From assembly GCA_029938635.1 (NCBI GenBank), contig JAOZUQ010000001.1:101070-165069 (forward strand): DNA of 64,000 nt, read 5' to 3'. The position numbers and the translations under genes are program-made. Below are positions 59,090-64,000 of this stretch, one piece after another. Position 1 is the stretch's first letter. Each line of letters starts with the position of its first letter. The DNA is from Candidatus Aminicenantes bacterium. Its GTDB lineage: Bacteria > Acidobacteriota > Aminicenantia > UBA2199. A model generated the notes under the pieces. It was not told where the DNA came from. It saw only the letters and a program-made list of their open reading frames with translations, and made no database searches.

Positions 59090-59263
59090 CTATTTTCCGA
59101 GGAATTTTTGAACTTTTTGTGACGATGCTCCTGCAAACTTTACTGCTGCTACCAGGCTTCCTTCCTCAACTCCGAAAAATTCACTCCACTCTTTTACATC
59201 TTGCGGATCATTAATATTAATTTCTTTTCCTTCTTTAATCTGCATTACTTTGTCTTCTGACAT
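59090..59263 (-). CDS. DUF3606-like small protein (57 aa)
   Basis: Manual translation MSEDKVMQIKEGKEININDPQDVKEWSEFFGVEEGSLVAAVKFAGASSQKVQKFLGK*; SD AGGAG; shorter than any ORF in the track. Confidence 0.75.
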   Translation of the reverse strand: MSEDKVMQIKEGKEININDPQDVKEWSEFFGVEEGSLVAAVKFAGASSQKVQKFLGK

Positions 59264-59451
59264 AATTCACTCCTATTATCATTTTGTTCTGGTTTTTATA
59301 TTTAGAATGCCTCTTTTTCAAAAACATCCGATATAACGGATGTGAAGTCATGTCTTTTTCAAACCGGACTATAAACTCATCCAATTTATTTTAAAATGTA
59401 AAATACATCAACTTTAAACATAATGCAACTCAAAAAATAAAAAAAATTTTT

Positions 59452-59497
59452 CTGATCCTGCTACTCAATAGCAAAACACCGAAACGCCACATCTTGG
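59452..59497 (-). repeat. Degenerate left arm of the subtype I structured repeat
   Basis: Minus strand CCAAGATGTGGCGTTTCGGTGTTTTGCTATTG aligns with CCAAGACAAGTGGCGCTTCCGTGTTTTACTTTTG at 62023-62056. Confidence 0.6.
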
Positions 59498-59535
59498 CAA
59501 CCAAAATGAGTGATATTTATTTAGAAGAAAGATTA

Positions 59536-59669
59536 AGGCGTAGCCATCTATCTGCACTCGTGGGCCTGGAGGGGTGACTCGCTAATATCGAGAACCCCGA
59601 GGCCGGGCAGCATAGCCGTATGAGAGCATACGGCGCGGGAGCGAAGTAGATGATGGCGAAAGCCAAAAA
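59536..59669 (+). repeat. Structured intergenic repeat, copy E3 (subtype II)
   Basis: AGGCGTAGCCATCTAT...GGGGTGACTCG-CTAATAT-CGAGAACCCC...GCCGTATG-AGAG-CATACGGC...GTAGATGATGGCGAAAGCCAAAA. Confidence 0.85.
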
Positions 59670-59677
59670 TATTTATT

Positions 59678-60376
59678 TTATTTAAAGAATATTTTCAGAT
59701 TAAGCATCATCTTACGAAATTTAATAAAAGGGATCACAATAGCCGGGGACGAATATCTGGCAGGTTTTTTCTTCATAGATTTCATAATATGTTTTACAGC
59801 TTTTTTAACCGGCATTATGAAAGGTTTCACATCACCCTTTGCCATCTTCGTATTAACAAAGCCGAACCGGACATTAGTTATCTTCACAGGAGTGTCTTCC
59901 AATGCAAGGGCCATACTTTCCAGATAGCTGGTAAACCCTGCCTTCGATGCATGATAGGCCGGACTGTCATACGAGTGCATCTCATCTGCAAAACTTGAAA
60001 GGCCTATAAAATGGCCTTTGCCATTCTCTTCCATCGCCGGGATCACAACAGAGACAGTTCTCACCATCCCCATCAAATTTATATCAAGGGTCTTGATATC
60101 CATATCCATATCATCCAGATCCAGTAATTCTCCTATCCCCGGACAATAGATACAAAGGTCAGGCGGGCCTTCTTTCTTAACTATTTTTTTCAACTTGATT
60201 ACATATTCATTATCGGTAACATCACACACAATATGATTGTAGGATGAATTTTTGACTGGTGATCTGCTCCTTGAAAATCCATTGACTATCCATCCATCTT
60301 GTAATAATTTTTTGGTAATAGCCAGCCCGATACCATCCGAATTCCCGATAATTATTGCCTTTCTATTCATAAACAT
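59678..60376 (-). CDS. Short-chain dehydrogenase/reductase
   Basis: GNSDGIG, YHASK, FGFVNTKM. Confidence 0.88.
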   Translation of the reverse strand: MFMNRKAIIIGNSDGIGLAITKKLLQDGWIVNGFSRSRSPVKNSSYNHIVCDVTDNEYVIKLKKIVKKEGPPDLCIYCPGIGELLDLDDMDMDIKTLDINLMGMVRTVSVVIPAMEENGKGHFIGLSSFADEMHSYDSPAYHASKAGFTSYLESMALALEDTPVKITNVRFGFVNTKMAKGDVKPFIMPVKKAVKHIMKSMKKKPARYSSPAIVIPFIKFRKMMLNLKIFFK

Positions 60377-60386
60377 CCCTCAACTT

Positions 60387-60896
60387 TTACCATTTTCCTG
60401 CATAGGATAATGAATTGCCTGACAGGTGTTTATGATAATTAAATTTAAGGCCGAGTATCTGTCTCAAATGAAGATAATCGTGGGCAAGCCAGTTGGAGAG
60501 GAACATCTTCGCTGTCATTTTTCCGAACACAGGGTGGTCATGTGCGTTATCCCATGAGGGATTTACTAAACTACGTATCCATTCGATCGACCATTCTCTC
60601 TCCATCAGAAATTTTTCCACCGTGTTATTAAAGTCCTGTTCAATATATTTTCTATCTGCTACCCATCCCGGGGGATCGATCGGGCTTAGTGACTTTTCCG
60701 GATCTTCCATTACCGATTTTATTCTTGCTCTGAAATCTTCCTTCTCCTCATCATAAAGATGGCAGGCCACCTCCAGGAGGCACCATTTCCCGGGTTCAGG
60801 TTTCCACAAATATTCTTCTCTGGTCAATCCGGAAAAAAGTTTTTTGAAAATATCCTTGTTCATAGAAAATTCATCAACAATTCTTACTATGTCCAT
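60387..60896 (-). CDS. DinB family protein
   Basis: WKPEPGKW..LE..CHL.DEE; AHDYLHLRQ. Confidence 0.88.
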   Translation of the reverse strand: MDIVRIVDEFSMNKDIFKKLFSGLTREEYLWKPEPGKWCLLEVACHLYDEEKEDFRARIKSVMEDPEKSLSPIDPPGWVADRKYIEQDFNNTVEKFLMEREWSIEWIRSLVNPSWDNAHDHPVFGKMTAKMFLSNWLAHDYLHLRQILGLKFNYHKHLSGNSLSYAGKW

Positions 60897-60926
60897 TAGG
60901 CTTTTCCCCTTTTTCAGGTGATAAAT

Positions 60927-61679
60927 CTATTTCTTTGTCTTGATATAAATATGTTTTATATGTCTCTTCCCGCTGTCTCTTTCATCAACAAGAAAATATT
61001 TTTTTAAAGATTTTATCAATGGTGTCAATTTCGAGAAGCCATAATTCCTGGGGTCAAAATCAGGTTTCTTCTTAATAATCAGGGAACCAACCTCGGCTAA
61101 AAATGCCCACCCGTCATCATCAGCTATATCATCAACTGAAGAAACGATTAATTGAATAAATTTATTATCTATCGGCTCTACTTCATCTCCCTGTGAAGGT
61201 GCTGTCTTTGTAGAAGTTTGCTGTTTGCTCCCCTTTTTACGACTGATTATTTCAATATAAATAAACTTATCACATGCCACTATGAAAGGCTTCGGAGTCT
61301 TTTTTTCACCTATCCCGATCACGACCTTCCCCGATTCTCTTAACCTTGTTGCCAGTCTTGTGAAATCACTGTCACTTGAGACAAGGCAGAATCCATCCAC
61401 TTTTTGACTATGCAGAATATCCATTGCATCAATTATCATTGCAGAGTCGGTTGCATTTTTCCCGACCGTATAACTATATTGCTGGATCGGAGTTATCGCA
61501 TGCTCAAGTAGTGATTTTTTCCAGCCCGAAACTGTCGGCTTCGTCCAGTCGCCATATATCCTTTTAATCGTCGGCACTCCCAATTTTGCGATCTCATCAA
61601 GCATCTCTTTTATATTTGAATACGGTATATTATCGGCATCAATAAGTACTGCCAAGTTTAAATCATTTTTTTCTCTCAT
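60927..61679 (-). CDS. NYN (LabA/DUF88) domain protein with C-terminal LOTUS/OST-HTH
   Basis: LIDADN, IYGDW, GKNATD...IDAMD, SSDSDF, FDPRNYGFSKL. Confidence 0.92.
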   Translation of the reverse strand: MREKNDLNLAVLIDADNIPYSNIKEMLDEIAKLGVPTIKRIYGDWTKPTVSGWKKSLLEHAITPIQQYSYTVGKNATDSAMIIDAMDILHSQKVDGFCLVSSDSDFTRLATRLRESGKVVIGIGEKKTPKPFIVACDKFIYIEIISRKKGSKQQTSTKTAPSQGDEVEPIDNKFIQLIVSSVDDIADDDGWAFLAEVGSLIIKKKPDFDPRNYGFSKLTPLIKSLKKYFLVDERDSGKRHIKHIYIKTKK

Positions 61680-61798
61680 ATTATCCCCCTTACTGTAACT
61701 AAATAGTAGATCAATTACACAAATATGATATCACATTCAAATGATTTATTGTTGATTCGGCTTTCATAAATAACTGTGTATTATTTATCTGTGAAATA

Positions 61799-61824
61799 GT
61801 GGCTTTTCCCGTAATTACTTTTGG
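61799..61824 (-). repeat. Isolated right arm of the subtype I repeat
   Basis: Reverse complement CCAAAAGTAATTACGGGAAAAGCCAC matches 62136-62161 at 25/26. Confidence 0.75.
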
Positions 61825-61849
61825 AGTTAAGGAATTTACAAATATCATT

Positions 61850-61987
61850 CAGTTTTGGCTTTCGCCATCATCCACATCGCTCCGCTACGGATATTCTCAT
61901 CCGCTTAACGCTGCTTGTCCCCGGGGTGATCGATATTAACGAGTCACCCCTGAGGTGCCCGCTTATGCAGATGGATGGCTACGCCTG
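61850..61987 (-). repeat. Structured intergenic repeat, copy E4 (subtype II)
   Basis: Minus strand CAGGCGTAGCCATCCAT...GGGGTGACTCG-TTAATAT-CGATCACCCC...CGGATG-AGAA-TATCCG...GTGGATGATGGCGAAAGCCAAAACTG; colinear with E3. Confidence 0.85.
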
Positions 61988-62031
61988 AAACTCCCTGCTG
62001 GCAAAAACCATTTCTTTTATTCCCAAGACAA

Positions 62032-62161
62032 GTGGCGCTTCCGTGTTTTACTTTTGCGGGGCCAAATCCGAAGTCTCGCTAATATCGAACTGAGGATTTT
62101 CGCCCAGCGAAAAATGATAAGCATTTTTGCGGTAGCCAAAAGTAATTACGGAAAAAGCCAC
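62032..62161 (+). repeat. Structured intergenic repeat, copy E2 (subtype I)
   Basis: GTGGC..CCGTG..TTACTTTTG / CAAAAGTAA.TACGG..GCCAC outer stem; TCG-CTAATAT-CGA loop; AAAAATG-ATAAG-CATTTTT hairpin; GCGGTAG. Confidence 0.8.
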
Positions 62162-62257
62162 GCAAACTAAATCGCAGTTGTGAATGAACAAAATGAAAAA
62201 ATTTAGACTTAGAAATAAAAAACGATTATTATATAAGAATGAAGGATAATGTAACAA

Positions 62258-63298
62258 ATGGGGAATAAAATGAAAACCCTGGAAATAAATGGAAACACCG
62301 GTAATTCAACGATCTATATTAATAAGCCTTTCACATATGCGAAAAAATTATTAAAAGGGGAAAGGATCATTATCATTACCGATGAAAATGTCAAAGGCCT
62401 GTATGAAGATAAATTTCCTTCAGGGGATATCATAACGATCGGAAAGGGAGAGGGGATCAAAACCCTTCAGACTGTGGAAGATATTTATAAGAAACTAATG
62501 GACCTGGAATTCGACCGTTCCGGCTTCATCCTCGGCATCGGCGGCGGGATCGTTTGCGATGTAGCAGGCTTCGCTGCATCCACATATATGCGGGGGGTCA
62601 GATTCGGTTTTATTGCTTCCACACTCCTTGCACAGGTCGATGCTTCTGTCGGTGGAAAGAACGGTGTCAATCTTGAAGGCCATAAAAATATGGTAGGGGT
62701 TTTCAGCCAACCCGAATTTGTTTTATGTGATCCGGAGATGCTTAAAACCCTTCCTGCAAAGGAATTGAAGAACGGATTTGCTGAGATCACCAAACATGCT
62801 TTAATAGGCGACCGGAATTTATTCGAATTCATGGAGCAGAATCATAAAAGTGCACTAGGGCTGGATCCCGATGTGATCGGCAGGTTGACCCATGACTCTC
62901 TTGTCCTGAAATCAGGAATAGTCAACAGAGATGAGAAAGAAAAGGGCGAAAGACGTAAACTCAATTTCGGACACACGATTGCTCATGCATTGGAAAAAAC
63001 CATGAATCTGAGTCACGGTGAAGCTGTTTCTGTCGGAATGGGCATATCGGCTAAACTATCGGTAAAGATGAGTGACCTGTCAGCTGAAGGGGAAAAAAGG
63101 ATCTATGAGTTATTTAAAAAATTCGATCTGAATCAGAATATAAAAATTTCATGCAGCGGGATCAAGAAGGCTGTCAGGAGAGACAAGAAAAGAGAAGGGG
63201 ATAATATAAATTTCATTTTGTTAAAAAAGATTGGAGAGGCAATTATTGAAAAGATCCCGATAAAAGTTCTTGAGGGAGTAATCGATGATATGTGTTAG
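62258..63298 (+). CDS. aroB: 3-dehydroquinate synthase
   Basis: GGGIVCDVAGF, STLLAQVDASVGGKNG, LNFGHT, HGEAV. Confidence 0.96.
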   Translation: MGNKMKTLEINGNTGNSTIYINKPFTYAKKLLKGERIIIITDENVKGLYEDKFPSGDIITIGKGEGIKTLQTVEDIYKKLMDLEFDRSGFILGIGGGIVCDVAGFAASTYMRGVRFGFIASTLLAQVDASVGGKNGVNLEGHKNMVGVFSQPEFVLCDPEMLKTLPAKELKNGFAEITKHALIGDRNLFEFMEQNHKSALGLDPDVIGRLTHDSLVLKSGIVNRDEKEKGERRKLNFGHTIAHALEKTMNLSHGEAVSVGMGISAKLSVKMSDLSAEGEKRIYELFKKFDLNQNIKISCSGIKKAVRRDKKREGDNINFILLKKIGEAIIEKIPIKVLEGVIDDMC

Positions 63299-63944
63299 TA
63301 TCGGTAAAATTAACTATCCGGACCTGTTGTTTCTATTGAACAATGAACAACTTGTTGAGATACGGCTGGATATGAATGATTTTTCTGATGATGAAATCAG
63401 AACGATCTTCTCAAGTACGGCAAAAACCATTGCCACCTGCAGGCCGGGAACATTTACGGAAACCGAAAGGATCGAAAAGTTAAAAACATGCATCAAAGCG
63501 GGAGCATCTTATGTCGATCTGGAATTAGGAACAGACGAAGAATACCTTAAGGAGCTAAGAACACTTTCCGGGGAAAATGAATGTAAGATCATTATTTCCT
63601 GTCACGATCAAAAAAAAACTCCATCTATATCCGAATTGAAAAAAATATATGAATCATGCTCGGAGAAAGGAGCAGATATTGTCAAGATCGCATGTAATAT
63701 TATCTCGGGAAGTGATAATGCCAGATTGTTGTCACTTTACGATTTTGAGGATCTTTCTGAAAAAATCCCGCTGATCGCAATCGGGATGGGAGAAAAAGGG
63801 AAGATAACAAGACTTGCCGTACCACTACTCGGAGCCCCCTTTACATATGCATCATTAAATGATGGAAAGGAAACTGCAAAAGGCCAGATCAGCAAATCCA
63901 TTCTGAAAGAAATATATAAATTGATCACAGATGAAAATAATTAA
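63285..63944 (+). CDS. aroD: Type I 3-dehydroquinate dehydratase
   Basis: VEIRLD, IATCR, ISCHD, IVKIA, MGEKG..TR, TAKGQ. Confidence 0.9.
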   Translation: MICVSIGKINYPDLLFLLNNEQLVEIRLDMNDFSDDEIRTIFSSTAKTIATCRPGTFTETERIEKLKTCIKAGASYVDLELGTDEEYLKELRTLSGENECKIIISCHDQKKTPSISELKKIYESCSEKGADIVKIACNIISGSDNARLLSLYDFEDLSEKIPLIAIGMGEKGKITRLAVPLLGAPFTYASLNDGKETAKGQISKSILKEIYKLITDENN

Positions 63945-64000
63945 TACATTTGCCGTTGCAGGTTATCCTGTTGCTCATAGCAAAAGCCCCATCATTTTTA
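63931..64000 (+). CDS. aroE: Shikimate dehydrogenase, N-terminus (runs off window end)
   Basis: MKIINTFAVAGYPVAHSKSPIIF: G-x-P-x-x-H-S-x-S-P motif, overlapping the aroD stop. Confidence 0.8.
   Translation, partial: MKIINTFAVAGYPVAHSKSPIIF

Noticed and set aside
59536-59669. HDV-like ribozyme (GCGAA before the closing stem; CACTCG resembling L3)
   Set aside because: The putative P3/L3 and P1 are not conserved in the sister copy (CATAAGCGG, GCGAT), and I could not build the double pseudoknot.
59452-62161. Integron attC array or CRISPR array
   Set aside because: No RYYYAAC/GTTRRRY cores, no regularly spaced direct repeats, and no intI or cas genes in the window.

Overview
AT-rich bacterial chromosomal segment, probably from an anaerobe. 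The mix of DUF6599, FecR/DUF6600, 6-bladed propeller and Thr-sulfatase-like genes suggests Aminicenantes/Acidobacteriota, but this is inference only. Most of the window is housekeeping: cinA (partial), hypC, clpSA, mrp plus ferredoxin, pepP, rex, smpB, ygeY-ygeW-ygfK, nikR with an ECF Ni transporter, tRNA-Leu(CAG), purN, recG, galE, sdhCDAB, hrcA-grpE-dnaK-dnaJ-rsmE plus a Ser/Thr kinase, pyk, ligA and aroB-aroD-aroE (partial). I found no CRISPR array, integrase or transposase. The main unexplained signal is non-coding: a dispersed family of ~125-140 nt structured intergenic elements (four full copies and three remnants). They share a CG-YYAATAT-CG apical loop, CAG and GCGG(N)AG junction motifs, and compensatory base changes. 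Two composite clusters of these elements bracket the SDR-DinB-NYN genes in inverted orientation. Other notable points are several apparently leaderless promoters, a CIRCE-less operon with divergent HrcA and DnaK, a catalytically degenerate M1 peptidase, and a secreted protein with a ~380-residue tail containing almost no acidic residues.
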